From a virus, in the IMG/VR virus record IMGVR_UViG_3300042197_004429, positions 96,001 to 160,000 of that record: DNA of 64,000 nt. One strand, written 5' to 3'. Shown one piece after another: positions 1 through 10,149 of this stretch. Below the pieces are notes generated by a model, which had not been told where the DNA came from, ran no database searches, and worked only from the letters and a program-made list of their open reading frames with translations. The number at the start of each line of letters is the position of its first letter. The stretch's first letter is position 1. The position numbers and the translations under genes are program-made.

Positions 1-47
1 CGAAATTAAAAAACCATCCTCTTACGTCAACAAGAAAGTTAAAGAGA

Positions 48-749
48 TCAAGGCAAACGCCAAGGTATTTTTTGAAAAAGTTTAGCCTTATCTTCTAAGA
101 GATTCACATCAGGAAAATCTTCTTGTCTTGCTTCCAGATGGCTACCGTGCCAATGGTGATAAATGACTGGTGTTCCTTCAATATTCCATTCTTCTCCATT
201 GATTGTGCTGTATCGATTTTCAGATGATTGTAAAAATCCAATATTGAAACCATCAGCCATGATTTTATAATATGCTTTTATTCCAACATCGTACCCACCA
301 GGAGTCACCCTGTTTCCTTTAAAGCCCTCTGAAGGTTCCCAATCATATTTTGAGAGTTCTCTTTTCATAAACATGCACGCCGGTCTTATTGGCTTTGATG
401 CAACTCCTTTGCCACCAAAAAGATCAAATTTTTTCATTTGTTCTATAAAAAGTTTTTCCCAACCATAATTTAGAATGTGACAATCTACATCCAAAAACAT
501 CATGTAGGGATACCTTTTGCAAATCTCATCGGCTTTTGCCACTCCAAGATTAAGCCCCTTACCGTGTCCCACATTCTCTGGTAAAACAAACTGATGGGTA
601 TTTGGATAATCAAACTTTAAACGACTTTGAGGATCGCTATTGTCTATAACAATTAATTTATACTCTAATGTAGAGTAGCGATCTAGCGACTCCATCAATA
701 GCCATAAAAAATCGTAAGAATTATAATTTACTGTAACAATTCCTATCAT
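48..749 (-). CDS. Glycosyltransferase family 2-like protein
   Basis: N-terminal IVTVNYNS, IVIDNS, NVGHGKGLN and FLDVD (DxD) motifs typical of GT-A/GT2. Confidence 0.8.
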   Translation of the reverse strand: MIGIVTVNYNSYDFLWLLMESLDRYSTLEYKLIVIDNSDPQSRLKFDYPNTHQFVLPENVGHGKGLNLGVAKADEICKRYPYMMFLDVDCHILNYGWEKLFIEQMKKFDLFGGKGVASKPIRPACMFMKRELSKYDWEPSEGFKGNRVTPGGYDVGIKAYYKIMADGFNIGFLQSSENRYSTINGEEWNIEGTPVIYHHWHGSHLEARQEDFPDVNLLEDKAKLFQKIPWRLP

Positions 750-769
750 GACTTAAAGGAGTAATTATC

Positions 770-1240
770 TTGCACTTTGAACCTTCGGATAATCGAATAG
801 TAATTTGGGGCATGAGTTGTGTTGGCAAAACTACATTTGCCAACACAATGAAAAGTCACACTTATTATTGTTTTGATGCCCTATTTCAGTGGCATTTAAT
901 TGAAACATTTGGCTTATCAAGTGCAGAAAACTTTAAATATATTCAAAAAACTTGCGATGCAAATAAGTTTGTTATAGACGGCTGGAATTTGGCTGATAAG
1001 AGAGGAGAATTTTTCCCAAAAGGCTGCGTTGTGTATTTGCTTTGGGCACCTTATGAAAAAATTATTTCACAATATAGAGTGCCGGTTTTGAATCATTTAG
1101 AACATAAAAATATGTATAAAAAATGGTATCATGAAATTGATGTTTCTTTTTTCCCAAAAGTCAAATTCTTTTTGAATAACGGAGTCTTCTCAGAAATATC
1201 TAAAAAAGATTATCTTACTTTTTTAGAACATAATCAATGA
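770..1240 (+). CDS. Small P-loop kinase-like protein
   Basis: Walker A-like GMSCVGKTT near the N-terminus; VIDG strand as in NMP-kinase-like folds. TTG start uncertain. Confidence 0.55.
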   Translation: MHFEPSDNRIVIWGMSCVGKTTFANTMKSHTYYCFDALFQWHLIETFGLSSAENFKYIQKTCDANKFVIDGWNLADKRGEFFPKGCVVYLLWAPYEKIISQYRVPVLNHLEHKNMYKKWYHEIDVSFFPKVKFFLNNGVFSEISKKDYLTFLEHNQ

Positions 1241-2180
1241 AGTCCATTCCAAGTTGAAATTCTGGAAATTGCTTGGTTTTAACGGTCGTCATTATCCTCT
1301 CTGCTATTTTTGGTATTTTAAAGAAAGGATCAACTTTTGATGTTATTTCTCTTCGGTGAACTTTTGTTAAACCGGCATTCTCAATAAATTTATCATAAGT
1401 TGCTAAAGGTGTGGTTACCCCTATGCTATCTTCTTCGTATTTTCTTTCGGGTATTAATTTGTTAAGCTCATCTGGGGTAAACACAAGGTGAATATAAGAT
1501 TTATTTAAATGGTGATAGAGATGAGTTGCGTGTTTTGATGTGAAGGGGTGACACCTCATGTAAATCTGCCCGTCTGGTGCCAAAGCATCTTTTGCTTTTT
1601 TCAAAAAATCTATTGGGTTTTCATTTTTTAAATGGTCCAAAACATCAAATATTACAATTACATTAAATGGGCCTTGTGACAAAACCTCATTAAAATTAGT
1701 TGTTAAAAGTAAACCTTCTCTTTTTAAAGATTCCCATTTACTATTCTCTTCGATGTCATACCCTACCGATATTAAAGGCTCATACTCTGCGGCAACATGG
1801 GCAACATGACCTTCTCCACAACCTAAATCTAAAACTTTTAATCCTTTTAAATCTGGTTCGATCATAAGTTCAACTATTCCACGCCCACGCTCCAATTTGT
1901 CATTCTCATTATCTGGGTCGCAAATTAGATTGGGATTAACAGCTTCAGGCCATTTTTCGCTATCAAGTGCTTTTTTAAGTGCTTCAAAACTCTCCAGGTC
2001 TTCACCAGCATATTCAGGAGGTATCTCTGGGCTTTTTTGAGGTGAAACATTATTGGCTTGAAAAGATTGATTTGTTGTTGTGGTTGGAGAGTCGCCATCT
2101 TCCAAAATGGCTTGTTTTAGATCTAATAATCCTTTCATTATCAAATCTATTGTCGCATTAACTTTTTGCATATTTGGCAT
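1215..2180 (-). CDS. Class I SAM-dependent methyltransferase
   Basis: VLDLGCGEG motif I, VGYDI, FNVIVIFDVLDHL, LAPDG. Confidence 0.85.
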   Translation of the reverse strand: MPNMQKVNATIDLIMKGLLDLKQAILEDGDSPTTTTNQSFQANNVSPQKSPEIPPEYAGEDLESFEALKKALDSEKWPEAVNPNLICDPDNENDKLERGRGIVELMIEPDLKGLKVLDLGCGEGHVAHVAAEYEPLISVGYDIEENSKWESLKREGLLLTTNFNEVLSQGPFNVIVIFDVLDHLKNENPIDFLKKAKDALAPDGQIYMRCHPFTSKHATHLYHHLNKSYIHLVFTPDELNKLIPERKYEEDSIGVTTPLATYDKFIENAGLTKVHRREITSKVDPFFKIPKIAERIMTTVKTKQFPEFQLGMDFIDYVLKK

Positions 2181-2235
2181 GTTTACCTCAAATTTTTTAA
2201 TTTGTTTCTATTATTATAGTGATTAATTTTAAAAA

Positions 2236-3054
2236 TTGGATTATTTAGTGATAAATTTAGCAGTTGTTTTAAATGTTCACAACAAACCAGATGTGGTAAG
2301 GGACACAATAGATTCTATACAAACTTTTGCAACTAAAAATATAGTTGTCTTAGTTGATGGTGCTTGTTGGTCCAAAATGAAAAAAGAACCAATGGAAGCG
2401 GCTAAAGTAGAAGGATTTTATCACAACACTCATAAGGCACCATATCGAAACGTCGCACTTTCGTTACAAACAATCACAGATGTTTACCCAGAATCAGATT
2501 GGTACTGTTACACAGAGTACGATGTGCTTTTTGCCTCGGAGAGATTCAAACACAATTTAAAAATGGCAGAGGAAAGGGGGGTATGGATGCTAGGCAATGA
2601 TGGTCGTGTAGACTATGAAAAAATGCCTTTGGTGCAAGCCATGTTTGACAAGCCTTTTAAAAGCATTTATTATTTGCTTGGTTGTTGTTTATTTTTTCAT
2701 AAAAACTTCATAAACAAATTAAAAGAAATTGATTTTTTTAATCGTTTTTTAAATTTGACTAACGGTTTTACTGGAGGGTTTTTTCCTTTTTATAGAGGTT
2801 ACGATCTAAGCGAACATTTATATCCAACAATTTGCAGACACCTTGGCGGCAACATAGGTGTTTTTGCACATTACGAACAATCAGGAAATTGGCACGGATC
2901 TCATAAATTTTTTCCTGTTCGTTGGATGCCGGAAATCGACCCTGTAAAAGAAAATTTTCCCGAAGCTAGCATAATACATCCATTAAAATCTTTTGATCAT
3001 CCAATTCGTGTTCATCATCGTGAAAAGAGGAAAAATGCAAAACTCTCAATTTGA
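2236..3054 (+). CDS. Putative glycosyltransferase (GT-A-like)
   Basis: VVLVDG and TEYDVLF (DxD-like) motifs; glycosyltransferase neighbourhood. Confidence 0.55.
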   Translation: MDYLVINLAVVLNVHNKPDVVRDTIDSIQTFATKNIVVLVDGACWSKMKKEPMEAAKVEGFYHNTHKAPYRNVALSLQTITDVYPESDWYCYTEYDVLFASERFKHNLKMAEERGVWMLGNDGRVDYEKMPLVQAMFDKPFKSIYYLLGCCLFFHKNFINKLKEIDFFNRFLNLTNGFTGGFFPFYRGYDLSEHLYPTICRHLGGNIGVFAHYEQSGNWHGSHKFFPVRWMPEIDPVKENFPEASIIHPLKSFDHPIRVHHREKRKNAKLSI

Positions 3055-3634
3055 AGCAAAAAGTTTAGGAGTCGTTTTTGATTTATCAGCAAGACTCGGA
3101 AAAGAAGGAAAACGAATTGTTGATGTTGTCAAAAAAAACATGATTGATATTGTTAGACAATGTTTAATCGATGGCGAAGACAGCATGTATCTTTACAACC
3201 CTGATTTGATAGATGTTTATTTTAAACATGGAGAGCAAGTTTGTGCTTTAGGAAATTACAATACAGATGGTTATTCGTTTGATCTTTCCATGGCTTTTAG
3301 ACAAACTCTGTATGTCTTAATGTCGGAAGATGACGATTTTCAAAAGTATTTGTTATTTATTACAGATAGGCTCTCGGATGAATTTCCTCTAGAAAAAGCT
3401 TTTAATATTAATAAAAAAGAAAAAATAGAATGCAAGTTCATATTAGTTGGAGTGGGCGATTACTATAATAAAAATATATTAGAAAATTATGCCCAAAAAG
3501 AGAATGCTTTTTATATTCATTTAAACAACCCCGCAGAATTAAAATTCCCCCAAATTAAGGAGTATTTGGATGGCAAAATCCAATCATGTTGCAAGACCGA
3601 TGAACGATGTGAGCTTATTCAACTCTCAAGTTGA
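3035..3634 (+). CDS. Hypothetical protein, possible degenerate vWA domain
   Basis: VVFDLS, LLFITD and FILVGVG strands resemble the vWA order; MIDAS not intact. Start refined to ATG 3035. Confidence 0.35.
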   Translation: MQNSQFEAKSLGVVFDLSARLGKEGKRIVDVVKKNMIDIVRQCLIDGEDSMYLYNPDLIDVYFKHGEQVCALGNYNTDGYSFDLSMAFRQTLYVLMSEDDDFQKYLLFITDRLSDEFPLEKAFNINKKEKIECKFILVGVGDYYNKNILENYAQKENAFYIHLNNPAELKFPQIKEYLDGKIQSCCKTDERCELIQLSS

Positions 3635-4379
3635 TATCATAGTGCCTTTTCATGGTCAATATGATAAAGTGATGAAGTTGATTGATAGTCTTTTTAGATT
3701 GACTAGAAGCAATTATTATCAACTTATTTTAGTAGACGATTGTTCTCCTAATCCAGATTTTATAAGAAATATAGATTTAAATTCTCAAAAAAATTCACAA
3801 AGATTGCGACAAAGAAATGTTGTCAAGGCAATAAGAACTGAGGAGCAAAAAGGTTTTGCTGGTGCTTGCAAAGTCGGTTTCGAATCTGGTGAAAGTCCAT
3901 ACGTTTGTTTTTTAAATTCTGACTGCATTATAGAGGATGCTGGTTGGTTAAAAAACATGGGCGAAAGTTTGCTAAAATTAAAGGCCGAAGGAGTTCGTGT
4001 TGTTTCGGCTGTGACTAATAACCCTGTTGGCGGAGACGCTTCTCAAAAAGGCGAAAGATTCGTTCGAGAAGAAAACGATGTAATTCTTAAAGACGATAGT
4101 TTTTTAAGTTTGTTTTGTTTTATGTGCCACAGAGAGTTGTTTTCTAGAATTGATGGTTTTATTAAAGAATATCCTTTTGGTTATTATGAAGATGAAGAAT
4201 TCGCAGCAAGATTAAAAAAATATAGTTTCAAACAAGCAGTCTGTAAAAGTGCTTATGTTTACCACGAGGGACAGGCGACAGTTCATCATATTTGGAGGTC
4301 GCATCCAACAGCAAGAAAAATTATGGAAGAAGATAACAGAAAACGGTGCATAGAAGACATGAAATTGCTCAAATCTTAG
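3570..4379 (+). CDS. Glycosyltransferase family 2
   Basis: IIVPFH, LILVDDCS, GFAGAC, FLNSD and YYEDEEF motifs. Confidence 0.85.
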   Translation: MAKSNHVARPMNDVSLFNSQVDIIVPFHGQYDKVMKLIDSLFRLTRSNYYQLILVDDCSPNPDFIRNIDLNSQKNSQRLRQRNVVKAIRTEEQKGFAGACKVGFESGESPYVCFLNSDCIIEDAGWLKNMGESLLKLKAEGVRVVSAVTNNPVGGDASQKGERFVREENDVILKDDSFLSLFCFMCHRELFSRIDGFIKEYPFGYYEDEEFAARLKKYSFKQAVCKSAYVYHEGQATVHHIWRSHPTARKIMEEDNRKRCIEDMKLLKS

Positions 4380-4455
4380 ACCTGTCCCTGTTTTGAAATG
4401 CAAATAATTAATCATAGATATTTGCGAAACCGGTATTCTAAACAGGAGGTATAAA

Positions 4456-4695
4456 ATGGCTGCTATTTTAGTTCCAGCTATCACTGGAAACAAATGTGTT
4501 GGTTCTTACACCGATGGCAGTGTGCTTCGCAAACATTTTTGCAAAAAAGGCACTGACGCCAATGGTGATGCGATTTACACTTGTGCCACATGGCGCAGAT
4601 TTAGAGTGAATTGCCCAAAAATTAATTTCCAATGCAGTTCTTTGTCGGAAGCTTGGGTGGCTGCTGCCGTGGTTTGTCGTCAAAGACTCTTCTAA
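4456..4695 (+). CDS. Small Cys-containing hypothetical protein
   Basis: 79 aa ORF preceded by a strong AGGAGGT Shine-Dalgarno. Confidence 0.6.
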   Translation: MAAILVPAITGNKCVGSYTDGSVLRKHFCKKGTDANGDAIYTCATWRRFRVNCPKINFQCSSLSEAWVAAAVVCRQRLF

Positions 4696-4929
4696 ATCAT
4701 CAAAATTTTGTTAAGATGGTTAAGAGACGCACTTTTTGTGCGTCTCTTTTTTTTGAAGTTGACAACCCGCATCCTTTACGTAGAATGTTCGCCAGTTCGG
4801 ATTTTTTGGTCCGAAAAAGCCAACTGGATGGCTTGAATATTCTCAGCCATACGCTGGTTTTTCGATTTGGATCTCAAAAATTTTACCAACATGCGTTGGT
4901 GTTTTTGGGCTTTTTGAAAGGATGCTACT

Positions 4930-6399
4930 ATGCAATCGAAAATTAATCGTAACGACTCAGCCTCAAACAAGTTCAGCCTTATTCCGCTTTCAGAAATAGA
5001 TATTGTGGAAAGACCAGCGGAAGGCGAGGAAAATGAAAAATTATTTTTCAATCCTCGTGGTCCAAGTTCCTTCACCCCAGATCGGATGATGCAACTTCAA
5101 TATTCAATCCGCACTGACGGCATTCAACAACCTCCAATTGTAAGATTAAATAGCGATTCTTATGAATTGATTGCTGGCGAACGAAGGATTCGATCCTGTC
5201 AGGCAATTGTGGAGAACGATCTGCCGTGTTTTGATGAAGATAATCCTCGTCGTGATTCTTACGACAAAGGAGACGTTGTTCTTTACAAGGGTCGTTTTGG
5301 CACAGTTGTTAAAGAACTGAGCGATGAGATCATCGTGGATTTTGATGATGATTGTGTTGGTTCACAAGAAAGAAAAAATTGTCCTATTGAAGATGTTTTC
5401 GCCACAGTTTCCGGTAGCGAACTGTACGAGAATGTGCCTTGCAAAATTGTTACCGATTGTTCTGATCAACGAGCATTAAGACTTGCCTTTACAGAAAATG
5501 ACCAATCGGAACCTCTAACGATTGCCGAAGAGGTTGCTTTGGTCGAACGACTTTCAAGATCTGGCTTGAAGCAAGAAGAAATCGCTGAGTTGCTTGGTTC
5601 AAACATTACCTGGGTTTGCCAAACAGGAAATTTCAGATCCCAATTGCCTAAGAAAGCATTTGACAAACTCATTAAAGGAGAAATGACTCGTCATGTTGCT
5701 GTGAATTTCTTGAGTTACTCACCTGACGATAGAGAAGAATTATTTCAAGCAACAATTGAGGCTGAAACCCAAGAGACTCAAGAAAAAATTGCTGAACTTA
5801 CTGAAGAAAAAGAGCGTTTTGAGGACGAAGAAGAAATAGCAATATCGGACGCAATCAAGGCCGACGATGATGGCGACGAAAAGACTGCTAGAAAACTTCG
5901 CAAGAAGGCCGCTGGTCTTGCTTCGAAGGCGACGAAGGCCGCTGGTCGCCTTGAGCGTGTAAAGCGTGACAAGGGCAATATTAAACAAGGTCACGTTAAG
6001 TCTGGTGCCAAAGCGAAAGGTTTGCAGCCCAAGAAAATCAAATCGTTAGATAAGAACGATATTGAAACCATCTTTGTAGATGGAATTCAAGAGTTTCTTG
6101 AAGGCGAAGGGGTTTGTGATATAACCGGAGAAACTGTCCCAGCAGAATATGCTGCAATTGTCTTGTCAACCGCCAAGGCAATTATTGCCGGAATCTCGGA
6201 TCCTATTCATCCAATTCGTGAATACATGTGCGAGATGGGTGTGTGGGAATTGCCCAAGCGCAAAAAGAAAAAGAAGGAAGAATCTTCTTTCGAAGACAGT
6301 ATCGAAGAGGATGAACCTATTAGCGAAGATGATGATTTTGAAAATCATTTGAAAAGTTACGATGATGATGAAGAAGACGAGCAGTTTGATGATGAGTGA
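4930..6399 (+). CDS. ParB/Srx-domain protein with HTH and acidic tail
   Basis: FFNPR, GIQQPPIVR, LIAGERR, ENDQSEPL and LKQEEIAELLG motifs; D/E-rich C-terminus. Confidence 0.8.
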   Translation: MQSKINRNDSASNKFSLIPLSEIDIVERPAEGEENEKLFFNPRGPSSFTPDRMMQLQYSIRTDGIQQPPIVRLNSDSYELIAGERRIRSCQAIVENDLPCFDEDNPRRDSYDKGDVVLYKGRFGTVVKELSDEIIVDFDDDCVGSQERKNCPIEDVFATVSGSELYENVPCKIVTDCSDQRALRLAFTENDQSEPLTIAEEVALVERLSRSGLKQEEIAELLGSNITWVCQTGNFRSQLPKKAFDKLIKGEMTRHVAVNFLSYSPDDREELFQATIEAETQETQEKIAELTEEKERFEDEEEIAISDAIKADDDGDEKTARKLRKKAAGLASKATKAAGRLERVKRDKGNIKQGHVKSGAKAKGLQPKKIKSLDKNDIETIFVDGIQEFLEGEGVCDITGETVPAEYAAIVLSTAKAIIAGISDPIHPIREYMCEMGVWELPKRKKKKKEESSFEDSIEEDEPISEDDDFENHLKSYDDDEEDEQFDDE

Positions 6400-6422
6400 T
6401 CGTCTTTTAAATTAATAATATG

Positions 6423-6459
6423 AACGGCTCCGATGTTTTCATCGGAGCCGTTTTTTTTT
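6423..6459 (+). terminator. Rho-independent terminator
   Basis: 13-bp stem aacggctccgatg/catcggagccgtt with a 4-nt loop, followed by a T-run, just after the ParB-like gene. Confidence 0.9.
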
Positions 6460-6464
6460 AAATT

Positions 6465-6764
6465 TTGATATATATTATGATGCTAATTATGTGTCCTTAT
6501 TGTGGCTACAACTTATCTAAACCATTAACAAATGGAATATGCTCTTGCGTTAATTGCAAAAGAGTATTTGATAGTTCTAGACTCAACTCTCTTCTTGCCG
6601 CTAGTTGGGTTGTAAAAAGAAAAAACATCACCAATTCATTAGACCTTGCTAATCGATGCAAGATTTCTGAGGATGATGCGAATCTCGTGATCAACTTAGT
6701 CAATGATCAATGTTATGATTTCCAAGAATTTTTAAAGATTCTCGAAAACATGGTTGAGCAATAA
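6465..6764 (+). CDS. Small zinc-finger protein
   Basis: CPYC...CVNC pairs. Confidence 0.55.
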   Translation: MIYIMMLIMCPYCGYNLSKPLTNGICSCVNCKRVFDSSRLNSLLAASWVVKRKNITNSLDLANRCKISEDDANLVINLVNDQCYDFQEFLKILENMVEQ

Positions 6765-6814
6765 TTTTTTTTGTGTTATGATTTTGTTTTGTCATTAATT
6801 CAAACCAAAATTTT

Positions 6815-7810
6815 ATGGAATACAAACTCTCCGAAAGATTTAGACTTTTTGCTTTAAATAATTGCTCTGATTATGGAAACGAGGTCGCAAGGTGCTTGGG
6901 CGTTTCGCTTTCCTCTCATATAGAAAAAAATTTCGAAGATGGCGAAACTTATGTACGCTCAAATGAAAATGTAAGAGGCGGGGATGTTTATATTATTAGT
7001 TCCCTATATGGAGATGATCACGAAACAGTCAATGAAAAATTAATTAAATTATTGTTTTTTATAGGATCTTTACGAGACGCCTCAGCCCAGAGAATAACTG
7101 CAATTATTTTATCTTTTGCTTATGCTCGACAAGATAGAAAAGTTGAAAGCCGAGCACCCATCAGTAGTAAATATGTCGCCGGTCTGTTGCAAGCAATGTC
7201 TTGTTCTCATGTTTTAACTTTGGATGTTCATAATTTAGCGGTTCTTCAAAATTCTTTTGGTTTAAGTTGTCCAGTTGATAATCTTGAGTGTAAGAATTTA
7301 CATGCTGATTGGTGTGCAAATAATCTTGCTGACAAAAAGTTAGTAGTGCTATCTCCAGATGCTGGTGGTTATCAAAGAGCCGAAAGATTCAGGGCCGCAT
7401 TGTATAAGCGTATTAAATCGAATGTTGGAATTGCTATTTTAGACAAGCTTAGAATCAACGGTGAGGTTCATGGTGGTCGTATAGTAGGTGATGTTGGCGG
7501 TGCCGATGTTATTATTTATGATGATATTATCTCCACAGGCAGTACAATTAGTAAAGCCTGCGAATCTGTAAAGAATCATGGCGGAGAAGTAGCTGCCGTG
7601 TGTGCCACTCACGGATTGTTTGTCGGTAATGCAAACAAATATTTGGAAAAAATAAATGGAAGTATAGTAGTTTCAGATTCAATAAAACCTTTTAGATTAA
7701 ATTCAATTAATACTAAAAAATTGTCTATAGTTAGCACAAGTTCAATGGTTGCTGAAGCTATCTGGAGAATACATTCTGGAATAGGATCTATTAGTGAGTT
7801 ATTGCTGTGA
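6815..7810 (+). CDS. prs: Ribose-phosphate pyrophosphokinase
   Basis: FEDGE, YARQDRK, LDVH, SPDAGG, DDIISTGST and ATHGLF motifs. Confidence 0.93.
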   Translation: MEYKLSERFRLFALNNCSDYGNEVARCLGVSLSSHIEKNFEDGETYVRSNENVRGGDVYIISSLYGDDHETVNEKLIKLLFFIGSLRDASAQRITAIILSFAYARQDRKVESRAPISSKYVAGLLQAMSCSHVLTLDVHNLAVLQNSFGLSCPVDNLECKNLHADWCANNLADKKLVVLSPDAGGYQRAERFRAALYKRIKSNVGIAILDKLRINGEVHGGRIVGDVGGADVIIYDDIISTGSTISKACESVKNHGGEVAAVCATHGLFVGNANKYLEKINGSIVVSDSIKPFRLNSINTKKLSIVSTSSMVAEAIWRIHSGIGSISELLL

Positions 7811-7837
7811 AATAATTTACTTTAATTTGAATTTAAA

Positions 7838-8779
7838 TTATGTACTCAAACCAAGAAAATCGGATATTTTTTTCTCAATACAATTATACTCTTTATAAGT
7901 AATTATTAAAAGTGGAATTTTGTTTTTTTCACACCATTCTTTTTTTATTTTATCTCTTTTCTTTATATTTTTAAATTCATTTCTTGTTTTTTTCCAACTA
8001 CCAGAGCATTCTTTAAAATGTTGTTGTCCTTGAAATTCTATAAGATATTTTTGTGATTTAAACTCAATCATAAAATCAAAAGGTAAAGGTTTTTTATTCC
8101 TACACTCTTTAATTCTATATTGTGGTTGGAAAATAATTTTTGTTAATTCAAGATATTTTTTTATTCTCATCTCTCCTTTTGATTTTTTACAAAGAGGACA
8201 CCCATTGTTGTCGAAAATATGATTGAGAGGAGTTTGATAAAAATCACCATGTTTGCTACAAGTTATTGTTACCTTTTTATGCATTGTTTCATATAGAGAT
8301 TTTTCATAAATATATTCACTACCGTGAATTTTTCTCGCTCTATCAACGAATTCTTTTGTTGTTAGCCTTCGCTGCTCTGCTGCTTTTAGAATTCCGCATT
8401 CTTTACACCCCTTTCCACTCAAGTGGTCTGTCGCTGTTTGGGAGAAATCGCCATGTGAAGGACAAATAATTGTTATTTTATTGTGAGAACCGGAGTAGCA
8501 AGAATTTGAATAATCGTATTTTTCCCCATGAATTTTTTTTGCTTTTTGAATAAATTCTTTTAAATTAGAAGTTTTTAACTCAGAAAGTGTTTTTTTCTTA
8601 CACTCCCTGCAACCCCTTCCTGACAAGTGGTCATTTGGCGTTTGTTTAAAAACACCATGAAAAGGGCAAACAATTTTAACTTTGATATCACTCCTTCTGT
8701 AAATTGCTAGATTATAGTCGTATTTATTTTTATGAATTTTTTTGGCTTTTTTTATGAATTCATTTGTTTTGTTTTTCAT
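7838..8779 (-). mobile_element. Putative free-standing homing endonuclease (repeated Zn-ribbon modules plus PD-(D/E)xK/Vsr-like nuclease)
   Basis: Three repeats EF..KA.KIHG.KY.Y...C..HG.F.Q...H..G.GC..C; C-terminal LPFDF..IEFQGQQHF; antisense inside a duplicated prs end. Confidence 0.7.
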
Positions 8780-8808
8780 TTTAGTTGTATTTTTTATTGA
8801 AATTTTAA

Positions 8809-9066
8809 TTAGAACTATCTATTCAGGAAAATGGTGGTAAAGTTTGGTCGATATGTGCTACACACGGATTATTCTGTGGTAAAGCCAATGAAGTGTTAAA
8901 AGATATAGATGCAAAAGTAGTTGTTACTGATACTGTGGAGCCTTTTAGACTAACAGATGAAAATAGAAATAAATTGTATATTGTAGACACTTCAAAAATG
9001 GTAGCCGATGCCGTCAAAAGAATTCATAACGGCACCGGCTCCATAAGCGAACTTCTTCGCACTTAG
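8809..9066 (+). pseudogene. prs: Stranded second copy of the prs 3' end (85 codons, no start codon)
   Basis: Translates to LELSIQENGGKVWSICATHGLFCGKANEVL...VVVTDTVEPFRL...SKMVADAVKRIHNGTGSISELLRT*, collinear with the Prs C-terminus; in-frame TAA at 8806-8808. Confidence 0.9.
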
Positions 9067-9269
9067 TTCGTTGTCAAATCGCTTAAAGCATTAAGGCTTG
9101 AGGTGTTTTTGTCAACTAACTCACTCCTAAGAATGGTAACAGAGTCTGAGGCTTGAATGCCTAATCTGACTTTGTTTGAATCAATTCTAACCACGGTCAG
9201 TTCGACTTGTTCTTTTTCGTTCAATTTCAAAAGGATTTTTTCATCCCTCTTTCTGGATAGGACTAGCAA
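9063..9269 (-). CDS. csrA: Carbon storage regulator CsrA/RsmA
   Basis: MLVLSRK..E.I...VV.I...KVRLGI.A...V.ILRSEL. Confidence 0.9.
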   Translation of the reverse strand: MLVLSRKRDEKILLKLNEKEQVELTVVRIDSNKVRLGIQASDSVTILRSELVDKNTSSLNALSDLTTN

Positions 9270-9344
9270 ATTGGGCCTCCCTTCTCTAGTGTCCTAATAA
9301 TAGAGTAGTTATCCAAGAAAATTTAAATTTTTTTTGCAAAGGTC

Positions 9345-9372
9345 TTGTCGTCGTGTTTTTCGAACGTATACT
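9345..9372 (+). promoter_or_regulatory. Putative sigma70-type promoter
   Basis: TTGTCG-N16-TATACT upstream of ORF 9459. Confidence 0.5.
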
Positions 9373-9458
9373 GTTAGTGTGATGCCGGAAAAAACAGATG
9401 TGGCCAGTTTTTCCAGGCATTTTAAAAAAAATTGGCCGCTTTGTTTAAGGGTTGATCA

Positions 9459-10058
9459 ATGAAGACGATGACTAAGGGTGGTTTTGGTGTTCAGTTTCAG
9501 CAAATTGAGCAGATTCAGCAAGAGGCTCGTGAAAAGTTTCAAGAGTACCAGCGATCTCTCAAGGAAGCTCAGGTTGCTTTGAGAAAGTTGGCCGAGGTTG
9601 CATCGGAAACTTGTGATCACGTTGGAGAGGGAGTTGATTTTGCCACCATGGCCCCGGTGAAGCGGCGGAAAGTCCGTCCAGCAAAGGCCAAGGCCACTGT
9701 GGTCAAGAATGGTCGCAGAAAGTCACGCAAAATTGGTGCTAAGACCAAGACCCGTGTACGTGCTGCTGCCGCCAATGGCGAGAACAAGATCAGCCTGAAG
9801 CGTTATACTTTTGAATTGCTTGGTCGTCCTGCGGCTAGCATCAAAAAGGCGATCTCAGGCTATCCTGAGAGTGGTAAGGGTCTAAAGGTCAGCGAGATCA
9901 AGGAGATCATCGAGAACGAAGGCAAGTGGAGTACCGATAGCGAGATCGGACCTCAAATCCACAACGCCTTGTTTGCTCTACGCAATGCCAAGAAGGTTGA
10001 GCGTAACGAAGAAGATCGTCGCTACCACCTTGTTGAAGGTGCCGAATACGACGCCTGA
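9459..10058 (+). CDS. Basic DNA-binding (nucleoid-like) protein, possible C-terminal winged helix
   Basis: N-terminal coiled coil, K/R/A-rich middle, C-terminal LKVSEIKE..IHNALFALR..KVER; has its own promoter and terminator. Confidence 0.55.
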   Translation: MKTMTKGGFGVQFQQIEQIQQEAREKFQEYQRSLKEAQVALRKLAEVASETCDHVGEGVDFATMAPVKRRKVRPAKAKATVVKNGRRKSRKIGAKTKTRVRAAAANGENKISLKRYTFELLGRPAASIKKAISGYPESGKGLKVSEIKEIIENEGKWSTDSEIGPQIHNALFALRNAKKVERNEEDRRYHLVEGAEYDA

Positions 10059-10090
10059 TAATTGTTCCAAAAAATACAATTATTCGAGGG

Positions 10091-10119
10091 AAAAGCCCAA
10101 CCTTGTGTTGGGCTTTTTT
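10091..10119 (+). terminator. Rho-independent terminator
   Basis: aaaagcccaac-cttgt-gttgggctttt followed by T-run. Confidence 0.85.
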
Positions 10120-10149
10120 CTTTTTGTACCCCAGTTACTAAAGTATTTT

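Noticed and set aside
6815-7810. Prs as part of a NAD reconstitution (NARP1-type) anti-defence pathway
   Set aside because: No Nampt/Namat partner in the window; it looks like an ordinary Prs.
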